Assembly: GCA_964188305.1 (NCBI GenBank)
Contig: OZ076889.1
Origin: Podarcis bocagei
Taxonomy: Eukaryota
Strand: one strand, 5' to 3'
Length of the DNA stretch: 64,000 nt
Positions 1 to 10,998 of this stretch are shown here, in pieces (the stretch's first letter is position 1; each line of letters begins with the position of its first letter). Under the pieces are notes generated by a model that saw only the letters and a program-made list of their open reading frames with translations, had not been told where the DNA came from and did not search any database. A program made the position numbers and the translations under genes.

Positions 1-816
1 ATACATGGGAAAGCCCCCCTCACAAAAAGTTCAATGCAGGGAAAACAAGTTCTACCACTGTAGCTTCTGATTATTATTTTAATAATGTATATCCTGCTAT
101 TGAGGCTTGATTGGGGCTGCACGGCTGCAATATCTCTAGGAGGAGGTAATAACCTGTAGGGGAAAATGACTTTAAATTCTAATGATAATCACAGCATCAG
201 GGAAAATATGTTTCAGCATAGCAATTGGTTGATCCATTTTCACTTTTATTGTATTCAGTTAAAATTCATGAACTGCTTTTCCTCAATGCCCCCACCCCGC
301 AAAGCAAAGCATTTTACAAAGCAAAGGGGAAAAAAGAAGAAGGCGAGGAGGATCAACAGGATGGCCTAAAAACTCAATATAAAACCACTGTGCCCAGACA
401 TTCCACTGAAAATTATAGCCTAACCATTAGCAAGAGTTAAAAGCATAGTACAAGGGTCTTCTGGATCTTCTTAACTACAGCTTCTGTCATCCCTGACCAC
501 TGACCATCCTGCCTTAGACTGTTTTCTTGGAGAGCTGCATTTACCCACCCTTACTTCCACAGAGCCTGGGATCAAAGATTAAAGGCAACTCCCTTCAACA
601 TGGTGATTTGCAATCCAATACCTCTCATGTGACCTAAGGGTAAACACTCACATGTTAGCTAACACAAAACAACCACAGTTAATTATTGACTCAGTTAGAG
701 CTCAAAGACCCTCTTAATTTAGCTTCTGCAGAATCTCCCCAGGTTAAACCTTTTCACCAATACACAGGTATTCCCATTTCAGTATCAATTAGATCAATTG
801 TGCTTAACAGGAACTA

Positions 817-1161
817 CAGTGGTGCCTCACAAGACGAAAAGAATCCGTTCTGTGATTCTCTTCGTCTAGCGGTTTTTTTGTCTTGCGAAGCAAGCCCATT
901 GACGGATTAGCGAATTAGCGCTATTAGCACTATTGGCGGCCTTTAGCGGCTTATCTGCTGATCGGATCAGCTGATAAGCGGCTTAGCGGCTTAGAAAAGG
1001 GGGGGGAGAGAAAAAAAACCCAGCAGGAACTCGCAAGACATTGTCGTTTTGCAAAGCAAGCCCATAGGAAATTCGTTTTGCGAAGCACCTCCAAAACGGA
1101 AAACTCTTTCGTCTAGCGAGTTTTCCGTCTTGCGAGGCATTCGTCTTGCGGGGCACCACTG
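817..1161. mobile_element. Tc1/mariner (Tigger/pogo-like) MITE
   Basis: TA|CAGTGGTGCCTCACAAGACGAA ... TTCGTCTTGCGGGGCACCACTG|TA: imperfect TIRs with a TA TSD. Confidence 0.85.
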
Positions 1162-2612
1162 TATATGTATTGCCCACTGTCTATGTGTACGGTTGTGTCT
1201 ATGTAAAAGAGAGAGGTGGGGTGTAGGGGGAAGAACCACTCCTGGAATCCCACTAGAAAGAAAATTATTGGGGGGCAGGGTGAAGGGGGAAAGTGGTGAT
1301 ATGATGGGAAGGGTTAATGTAAGAAGACCCCTGCTGAATGAGGCAAAAACCCCAAAGTGCCCTCTCCTTGCACTGATCTTACAGCTGAGAGCAGTCGGAA
1401 GGGTTTCCCAGCATGCAGTGCAGGCAGAATATGTGGTTCTGCCCTAATTCAAACTACCCTTCTAACTATACCACTATCATAAAACCGAGGTGGGAGAAAG
1501 CCTACTTTCTATTCAGCTGCCATGGCCCCAAGTGCTGCTTAGTAGTGACTCTCTTGAATGGAAGCTGTCTTGAAATGTACTGATGAGTCTGAAGAAGAGC
1601 TGGGAAGAAAGTTAAGTGACAACAGCCTTTTATTTTATTTCAAAGAAAACTGTTCCTAGAAGACTTCCAGTGTTCATATATTCACAGGGCTATCTCTCTT
1701 CCCCACGACACCATCATTAATACCCTCAAAGGGTGTTCTGTCTACTTGGACTGATAATGTGATTTGCAGCTACGCTGGTCTCATTCTGATCCTCCCTGCC
1801 TTTTCTGTGATGACCTTCACAGGAGCGGTGCTTGTTATAGAAACTGCATTGCATATACGCTATCAGACAACAAATGAACAGGTTATACTGCCAAATGTGA
1901 CGAGTTCCTGTAAAAGCAGAGCCTGGTGTCAGGGCTGGAGGGGGAGGGTCGGAAGCAATGCTAAATACAGCAACTTTCAACTTTTGTGGTTTTAGGGTTT
2001 AAGATCTTATAGTAAGGCAGTTCGCCCAAGAGGCATGAGATGGAACAACGTGGAGTTCCTTGATTCATGGTTGCTTTTTTTTGAATCGCTGGATGCATGG
2101 GGTCTGTTTGGCACTCTCAAAACAAACGCTTTGGGGAGCATTTTGGGGAAGTGGAATATAAAGCAAATTAATACACACAAGACAGTTGTATGTGTGTATT
2201 GCAAACAACGAAAACAACAAGGCTCCAGAAAAAACCTTTGGCATTTAGTGTTGATCAGGATTGATGGGGTGGAAGGCTGGGAGACTAAGGCTGGATCTGC
2301 ATTGATCTGTAAAAACACTTTTTAAAAGTTCTATAACTCTCAATGCAATTTCCCTTTGATGACAGATCACTACTCTACAGCGCCCTCTGGTGTCACATGT
2401 TTACAACACATATTTAATGTTTTAACTGTCCAGTGTAGACTAGTCCCAACAGTAGGGGGAGACAGAGCCAGTGACAGGCAGAGTCACTCCCTGAACTGGT
2501 TGCAAATAAGAAGGTGGGCAGGTGGGGCCTGGCTGAAGGCAGATGGAAGTTGTTGGGGACTGCCCCATTCTCCCTAATGGACCAGCCTCTACTCTTAGCA
2601 TTTCTCTGTCAA

Positions 2613-2789
2613 TGAGAGCCAGTGTGGTGTAGTGGTTAAGAGCGGTAGTCTCGTAATCTGAGGAAGCGGGTTCGCGTCTCCACTCCTCCACATGCAGCTG
2701 CTGGGTGACCTTGGGCCAGTCACACTTCTCTGAAGTCTCTCAGCCCCACTCACCTCACAGAGTGTTTGTTGTGGGGGAGGAAAAAAAAA
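2613..2789 (+). mobile_element. tRNA-derived squamate SINE (Squam3-like), 3'-truncated with A tail
   Basis: Head GAGAGCCAGTGTGGTGTAGTGGTTAAGAGC with A/B-box-like motifs; ends in an A run; perfect 16-bp TSD AGCATTTCTCTGTCAA (2597-2612 / 2790-2805); homologous to 54016-54272. Confidence 0.85.
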
Positions 2790-2809
2790 AGCATTTCTCT
2801 GTCAAGCTT

Positions 2810-3015
2810 TTGTTATTATATGCCACCCTTTCTCAAATGAGTTCAGGGAAGCATAAATGGTTTCCCCATCCTTTATCAGAACAACCCTGTGATGGAGGCT
2901 AGGGCAAGAGAGAGGGGCGAGGAATGTCTGCCCCAAGATCTCTCAATGGGCTTCATAGCTGAACAAGAATCAGAACTCCAGTGTCACTGGTCCCAATATG
3001 AACACTACACCACCC
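2810..3015 (-). mobile_element. old diverged tRNA-SINE fragment
   Basis: ACAACCCTGTGA...CCCAAG...CACTACACCAC motifs typical of reverse-oriented squamate SINEs. Confidence 0.5.
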
Positions 3016-3606
3016 TGGAGTTTGTTATAATTATTTCATTCCTCTATAGTCAGTGCTAAGCCTTCAGAGAACTGCATTTGGATTCATGGTGGGGGAGGAT
3101 GGCTTAAACTGTGCCTTCCGCCTGGAGGCTGCGTGAGAGATGGCCACCATGTTTGCTGTCCGAAAGCACTCTCATCTTTGGATAGATTGTGGCCTTCATG
3201 TGTAGAGACCCACGCGGACAAACTAATTCACAAAATCATTCCCTGAAAATGATTGTAGCACCACTACACAGGCTTCTAAGTCTCAAGCTCTAAGAGTTCT
3301 GTCTCTGCCACCTTGACTTTCCTTTTAGGATAGCGGACGGAAGCAGAGATGGTGGATGCTCTGGCATCACTGGTGAAACTTGTGCTTCCCATCAGGTATA
3401 GGACTACCTGTTCCATCATAACTGGTGGGAAACAGGTGCTATTTGCATCATTTCCGCTAGGGCAAGGCCCTGTAAGGTCCTCCTGACATGTACAGATTTA
3501 TTAAAAAATGTTCCACAGGTAAGTAACTTCAATGAACCAACAACTGATTGGTTGGATCTGAAAACTACATGGAAAGTCTGGGGATCTGGAGAGGGAAAGT
3601 CAGGGC

Positions 3607-3971
3607 TTAAAAGTGTTGGTGCTGACCTTTAAAGCCCTAAACGGCCTCGGCCCAGTATACCTGAAGGAGCGTCTCCACCCCCATTGTTCAGGCCGGACAC
3701 TGAGGTTCAGCTCCAAGGGCTTTCTGGCAGTTTCCTCCCTGTGAGGTGAGGTTACAGGGAACCAGGCAGAGGGCCTTCTCGGTGGTGGCGCCCGCCCTGT
3801 GAAATGGCCTCCCATCAGATGTCAAGGAAATAAACAACTATCTGACTTTTAGAAAACATCTGAAGGCAGCCCTGTTGAGGGAAGTTTTCAATGTTTGATG
3901 TTTTTAATATTCTGTTGGGAGCCGCCCAGAGGGGCTGGGGAAACCCAGTCAGATGGGCAGGGTATAAACAA

Positions 3972-4025
<54 letters not shown>
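3607..4025 (+). mobile_element. L2-clade LINE 3' fragment with (ATT)n tail
   Basis: Encodes KVLVLTFKALNGLGPVYLKERL (end of L2 ORF2), then 3'UTR and (ATT)n at 3972-4025; close to the copy at 57200-57803. Confidence 0.85.
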
Positions 4026-4028
<3 letters not shown>

Positions 4029-4600
4029 ATATACCATATAATGACAAGAAGCAACACTTTTCCTTCTTAAGGAGGACCCCATGTAAGAGGCAAGCAGAAT
4101 CGGGGAGCTAGCCCAGTTATGTCACTTCTTGTCTGCAGAGCTGGCAGCTTCTCACCCTTTTTCAAACACCCTCCCTCGTGGAGTGTTCTCTCAGCCTCCT
4201 CCCTACCCTCTCATTTGGGAGTCCTCTGGGCAGCCACAGCTGCCAGCCCTGGTCTCTGAGCTGCGCCCCCAAGAGAGACGCCTCCTCACATTGCCCCACA
4301 GGAGCCTGGGAAGCACCCCCTGGCCAGCCCCAGAGGCTCCATTTACCTGGGAAGCTTGTAGCCAGGGCTGCTGCAACAAAGACCATACAAACCTTTGGGA
4401 AGCAGAGACGCGAGAGAGCATCAGAGGACAGGGGGAAGGAAAAAAGAAACAGAGGCCAGTGTTGCCCGCAGCACCCCTGACCACGGCACACTGGTTGAAA
4501 ACTACTGTCTTATTCAACAACTGAAATGGTATGACATCATCTTAAGTTAAACTTGCTGGGTCTGCTTGCCAGTGTCCATTCAATCGCTATTGTCCTCATA

Positions 4601-4954
4601 GGTAAAGGTAAAGGGACCCCTGACCATTAGGTCCAGTCGTGACCAACTCTGGGGTTGCAGCGCTCATCTAGCTTTATTGGCCAAGGGAGCCGGCGTACAG
4701 CTTCCGGGTCATGTGGCCAGCATGACTAAGCCGCTTCTGGTGAACCAGAGCAGTGCATGGAAATGCCGTTTACCTTCCCGCTGGAGCGGTACCTATTTAT
4801 CTACTTGCACTTTGACATGCTTTCGAACTGCTAGGTTGGCAGAAGCTGGGACCGAGCAACGGGAGCTTACCCCATCGCAGGGATTCGAACTGCTGACCTT
4901 CTGATCAGCAAGCCCTAGGCTCAGTGGTTTAACCCACAGTGTCACCCATGTCCC
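4601..4954 (-). mobile_element. Sauria SINE, full length
   Basis: tRNA-like head at 4954, (ACCTTT)n tail at 4601, perfect 12-bp TSD ATTGTCCTCATA (4589-4600 / 4955-4966). Confidence 0.92.
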
Positions 4955-6265
4955 ATTGTCCTCATACTTGGTATTTAAAAAACCAACCCTATTTCTCATT
5001 GCCTGACCTGTACATTTTTATATTCCTCTTCTATATTAGCCCCATTATAAATTTGTCATAAATGATGTACGAATACCCCTTTCCCCTGGAGCATACAAAG
5101 TACAGTTGACTCCACATAGTTCATTGAGTCTGGAGTGAGTGTTACTGTTGTGCAGGTAACTGGGGCAGCGGCAGGGGGAAGGGGGAGAGTTACATTTTTA
5201 GAAAATAAAGGGCTGGAGGGAATTGGAGTATCCCTACTTAAGCCTAGCACAAAGGGTTAGGGTGTTGTTGCTGTTTTTCTGCCAGAGTCCCATCTTCAAG
5301 GTAGCTTATCAATGCAACTATTGACCCGCACAATGAGTTGTGATAGTTGGCAGTGATGAAATTACTCCTGGGCATATTAGATGAGCCAGACTTTGTCCTC
5401 ATCTGGATGGTGTCAGTGAAGGGCTTTGGCTGAACATGGAAAGGGAAAGATCCTGCTAAGGCAAATTCTAGTAAGTGACAGACACACTTATCTCCCAAGG
5501 TGGATGAAATGAGTGCGGAAAGTCATTGTCTGGCAGATTAACTTCTTAATCGGGCTTCAGAAGCTGGTCATAGCCAGAGCTTATCTTCACTCCCCCTTAA
5601 ACTAAACCTTTAACTATATTCTCCGTCTTAAAAGATAGTGACTTCAGTGCTTTTCATTTTGAAAGTGACCCTGGGGTTGAAATCTGGAGCCATCACCACA
5701 AATATTTTCCAATGGTCCTGTTTTACAGAAACATTCTCGTCGGAGGGAGATCATTTGCTCTCCCTGGCAGCCAGCTCTTCCGCTGCTTCCGTTCTCTGTT
5801 ACAGTCTAACCTTTACTTTTCCATCATGTGTGTTGTTATATTCTTAATTACATTGGCTCCCCTTTCTCCGGTTCAGATGGCTAGCAGGAGATTGCAGGCT
5901 TTACTGTACTGCTACATGGCGTTTTCATAAAGCCATGGCATTATTCTGGGGAACTGGTTTTTTTTTTGGGGGGGGGGAGAAGAGGAAAGTTTAGGAAACC
6001 ATTTTTGTTGAAAATAATCTTCACTCAGCTAGACCAGCTGTGCAGTGCATCATCCCCATTGCAATACTCTCCAAGTACAATGTTCAAGAGGCTTTGCTTC
6101 AGAGATGAGACTACAATGTGCTTTGCATTTTTCCAGTCTCATCATGAAAAACAGTGCATGGGTTGGCCCATGTTTGAGATTCAGATTCTTCCCCCCCCTT
6201 CAAATTTACAAGTTGCAAGGAGAATTGTCCTAAATATAAAAGCTTCCCCGAGACGTTGCAGTGCT

Positions 6266-6692
6266 CAGTGGCGTAGCGTGGGGGGTGCAGGGGGGGCCAT
6301 TCGCACTGGGCGCAACATCTGGGGGGGGGCGCTCGCACTCTCAGCTCTCTGCCCCTACCTGGCTCACTCACTCTCTCTCACTGCAGTGCTGGCTGTGCGA
6401 ATCCGATCCGAGCCGCCGGGTCGCCGCCCACTGTGGAGGGGGGGGGGTGCCAGGCGTGCGGTGCGGAGAGAGAGCGAGGGACTATCTGGGGGAGGGACAG
6501 TGCAGCGGCCGCCCAGCGCAGCGCTGAGAGCGGGAGAGAACCACACCAGACCAGCCCAGGCAGCAGCAAGAAGAAGCTGGCAGCGGTGGCAGGTTAGGGG
6601 TTAGGGGGCGCAAATTACTTGCCTTGCCCTGGGTTAGGGGGCGCAAATTACTTGCCTTGCCCCGGGTGCTGACAACCCACGCTACGCCACTG
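6266..6692. mobile_element. non-autonomous hAT element with GC-rich interior
   Basis: Perfect 17-bp TIR CAGTGGCGTAGCGTGGG; perfect 8-bp TSD GCAGTGCT (6258-6265 / 6693-6700). Confidence 0.92.
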
Positions 6693-9044
6693 GCAGTGCT
6701 CAAGGGGAGAAATCATGTTAATATCTCACATCCTCCCTCTTGAAAGGATGCATATGTCTCTATGTGCATTGAGCTGGACTTTAATCCTGAAATATAGTTT
6801 TTAGCATATTGCCAAACAGAATGCTGAATGGGGAAATTAAAGCCAAAGCCCCCTTTTAACTAAACTGGTTAATGAATTGCTGGTCGATAATAAATTTCTC
6901 AGTCTTTAAGGTGCTGTTAGACTCTTACCCCTCTCTGCTCCTCTTGTATGGATGTCAATCATTCCTGATGTATCTCTTTGCCATTGAATAAATAGCAATG
7001 TGTGATAATGATTGTGTGAAGTGTCACTAGTTCTTCTCGAGAAACCAAGGAATTTTGGTTTGTGTGGCTGAACGAAAAATTCACAGGCAATATGCATTTT
7101 AAGTCCCCATTCCACATTCCTCCAGGTTACTCTGCTGCTCTTTTTTGTCCCCCTCTGGAAATGTTCACGTTACACATGCTTGAAGGTTTCTTCTGATTTA
7201 CCAGGCACTCAGCTATTGATTCTTTTTCTTCTGCAGCAGATTCTTCATATTGATCTTTTCAGGGACAAAGTTCATTAAGGGTGCGGACGTTTCAGAGCTC
7301 TTCTGTAAAATAGTTTCATTCCCTTCCTCACTTCTAGTGCTGTTATCTCACAAAGAAAGTGATTTTTCCCCTTCTCTCTTGAATTTAGTGATAGGTCAGA
7401 AAGCACAAATCTTGTTCTTTCCACTGAAAAGTATATTTTCTATGGGATAGATTCTTAACTGGGGAATAGTTTTCTGGGTGCATTAGAAAAATGTCTACTG
7501 TGCATACATTGGACACTTTCCTCTGCAAAGAGAGAGGACAAATTAAACCCAGGATTTTGTTCTGCCGTGTGACTAGTTAAGGTATTCATATTGCAGTTGT
7601 TCTCTTCTGCTAAACCTCTCTTCTGCTGCTTTGCAGCATCCAAGTGATGTTCAAGTTAGGAAAGAAAATGTATTAATAACTAATTTAGATTCTGAAACAC
7701 TGAGAGCCACGTAGCTAGAGCACTTGATTGCATGTGAAGAGATGTGGTTGGATGTGCTCAGTTCACTTATATAAAATGTGGATCTCAGGTGGTGGAAGCC
7801 CAAAAGCAGTTGAACCAAGAGCTACACACATAAAAGTAATCCACAGAAGTGGGAAGATCTGAAATGCATGGACTATGAGAATTCATCTACTCTGAAATGT
7901 GTTTTACTTAGTCATCGGATGGGGAAACCTATGCATGTTAGCATTGGGTTTTGTGCTAAAGGTCTACTACATGTTTGGCAAACCTAATTTTTTATCACTA
8001 CTACCTCCTGCCACAACAACTCAATGGCATAGCAACCTTTGTTTTCTCCAGCAACTTTGGAGTGAAGAAACTTGAACATCTGAAAGAAGTGAGGATCGAA
8101 TGGATGATAGACAGATGGGTAGATCTTCCTCTTCAAGCCTTTGCTGCTGGCCAGGTATGATACCTGGTTTAGGACTTAGTTGATCTGACTTTTCTGCCTA
8201 CTTGGCCTTAGCCTTCGAGCAACCATTACGAAAGAAAGGAGGAGCACTTTGCTGGTATCTGAGTCAGTGGGTTTTTGTTCTGCGTTTTCCATTGTCAAGG
8301 CTTCTTGCCTTGAGTTGCTGTCCCTAATCTCATCTATCTTCTCTTGTCTTTGCTCTTCCCCTTCCTTGATCCTATTGGAGCAAAACCCCATCAAAGCATA
8401 CTTCCCTAGCACTGAGACTATGGCACTGTGCAAGATTTGACACTGAAATGTGCTGGCCCCTGACATCAGAGCTGTCCCCTTCACTGGAAAACTGAAAAGT
8501 ACAAGGATTTGTTGGGGGCTGGGATCTGGCAGCTAGCTTTTCACACATTCTTTTCTCTCACTTTTGTATCAACAGTGGGGTAGGAGAGCTGAAAATAATG
8601 CCAACATATTTCACATCTGGTAACCAATGCGCTCCTTTGGTTTCAGATAGTACGGTGATTCTAAAAAGAAGTATGCATGTCTACTCGATTATGACCAAAC
8701 TAAGCCCCCCTAGAGCAAAATATACACTAGGAGCCTTAATTTAATCTGAATTGAGTATACACTTTCCAGTGTCAATGCTAAATACATCACTTCTGGTAAA
8801 TGAACCACCATAGCCGCTAGAGGGCTGTGAAAATTTGAGTCATGGGCTTTTTAGACTCATCTATCCATGTACTATCTGAAACCAAAGGAGCACATTTCCA
8901 AATCCAAAGTTACTCAAAGGCCATAAGAACAGGCCAATACGGGAGTGTTAAGTGGAGTCACCACAGAATTAATTCATATTTTGATCAGGAATGTTGAGTC
9001 TGACCCCCTCCTCCTGTAGTCCTCATAGAACTCTAGCCCAATGG

Positions 9045-9183
9045 TTGCCATTAATTTGATTCTGAATTGATTTTAGAATGTATTTTAATTAATTGATTGT
9101 GATTTTATGTAAACTGTGCTATTTTTATTTTTGTTAGCTGCCCTGAGCCCGGCTTTGGCTGGGAAGGGCGGGATATAAATAAA

Positions 9184-9249
<66 letters not shown>
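9045..9249 (+). mobile_element. L2-like 3' tail with (ATT)n microsatellite
   Basis: GCTGCCCTGAGCCC...GGGCGGGATATAAATAAA followed by (ATT)n at 9184-9249. Confidence 0.6.
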
Positions 9250-9285
9250 TTGCCTCCAAGAAAATGAAACAGTTGGTGCTAAAAC

Positions 9286-9427
9286 CATGGGCATAGCCAG
9301 GATTTTTGTTAGGGTGGCAGGCCTTATGTTAGGGGGGACAGAACTTCAGTTAGCTATGTTTTTAAATTGATTTTTATTGATTTTGCAGGGACAGTTGCCC
9401 CCCCACCCCCCCTTGGCTACGCCCATG
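9286..9427. mobile_element. hAT-like MITE
   Basis: TIRs CATGGGCATAGCCAGG / CTTGGCTACGCCCATG; TSD not convincingly preserved. Confidence 0.6.
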
Positions 9428-10998
9428 CCAGACCTCTGCAGACTCATGTAGGTTGGGATGATAAAGTTTTGCACTTTGGGTTTTTATTGCTTGTTCCCCT
9501 TCTCTTTTTTGTGGTTTGAGGGATGAAAACACAGCTTTGTGTTACCACATTTATATTTTCAAGTTCCTGTAAATGAATGTTGTTGATTCCCAGCCCCCTC
9601 CCCCTTTTGGGCTATAGACTATGATGTCTGGCTCCCAGCAGAAGAAACCCAAACAGTCATTACAAGGGAGGCAAAGGTGGTCAGTTGAAGTAGAGCAAAT
9701 TCAAGTGGGGAATCCCCTCCATTTCCCCCCAGCTGACTAATGCCACATTCTAGTGAGTTAGGTGATAGCTCTGACCCCTATAAAACTTCCTGGCTCTTAC
9801 TATTTAGAGGGACTTCTGTCTGCAGTCTGCTTCATTCAGTTCTTGCCCTTAGGTGGAGAGGAGGCTGGACCTGACAATAGTTTGCTGCCAGCAAACAACT
9901 GCTGGAACAGTCGTCTGAGAGCCTAGCAGGTGGGGCCTGCTATCAACGACAGAATGAGGTTCACAGGGACTTGCTTAAAATGCCATTTTTCAGCTGGCCA
10001 GAGGAGAGATTGCTAAAAGAAAGTGATCATCTCTTTGTTGCCATACTTCTCTCTATTTGGCTTCTTTTGAAATCCAAGAAGCTATCAGCACAGGTGATGA
10101 TAGCATCTCTGAATTATTAGCTGTGAACATAATATTTAGTATGCTGGGGATTTTTGTGTGTCACAACAAAGTCTGCTGTCCCTTTTGTGTCGTCGAAAGA
10201 GGAGGAAAGACAGTCTCCTAGGGAGATAATTGAAGCTGATTCTTTTTTAAAATGCTGTTCAGTAGACAATACAGGGAGAAAATTATATGCAACAAACAAA
10301 AGAAGAAATGCTACTTGCCATCTTGCCCCCACTTCCCTCCTTTCAAGTTTGAAGTACAGTCTACACTCTTGTTTTAAGTGTCAGTTAGGGAAATATTTCT
10401 GCATCTGTTACCATGGCAAAGGGTGCCTTTCATTGCAAAGTGATGGACCTCAGAACCATTTTGTGAAATTAAGAAATTAATGTTGCTAGAATGGAGCACG
10501 GGTGACTCAGAAGCAAAATGGAAAAAGGAGAAAGCAGAAAGTGGCTTATTCATGGGATGAAGTGTGTTTTTTTGGGGGGGGAGAAGTGCCAACAATTTCG
10601 CAACAAAAGACACTTAGGTATTTCAATAACCATGGAAAGAATCAACTCCTGGTTTAGCAGGGCCAGATTATCTCTACCTACATAAGACTCTACTGAAATC
10701 CAGTGCAAAGTGCCCATAGCTTAATGCTGCATGCTGAAGATCTCAAGTTAATATTAGGGTTTTCCAGGTACCTGGGCTAGAAAGGACCATCTTCCTAAGA
10801 TTCTGGCTGGCAAGAACCCTCCAGAAGAGACTCAGCTAGATATATAAATTCAGACACTGGTCCTTAACAGTTTCATAAAGTGCCTGTTCTGAAAGACCAA
10901 AGCTTGAAAGATTATTCAAAGAAGTCACAGGTAAGAACATTTGGTTCCAAATTAATGGAAGGTCTACCTAGAGGTCTACCGAGGCAGCACAAACTTTA

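Noticed and set aside
3080-3530. Possible exon or DIRS-like remnant ending in CAGGTAAGTAACTT
   Set aside because: No coherent reading frame or terminal structure could be established.
3815-4082. Poly-Ile and poly-Asn ORFs (also at 9085, 33506 and 57168)
   Set aside because: Translations of (ATT/AAT)n LINE tails.
5966-6604. 212-aa ORF
   Set aside because: A chimeric read-through from unique DNA into the GC-rich hAT element with a non-ATG start.
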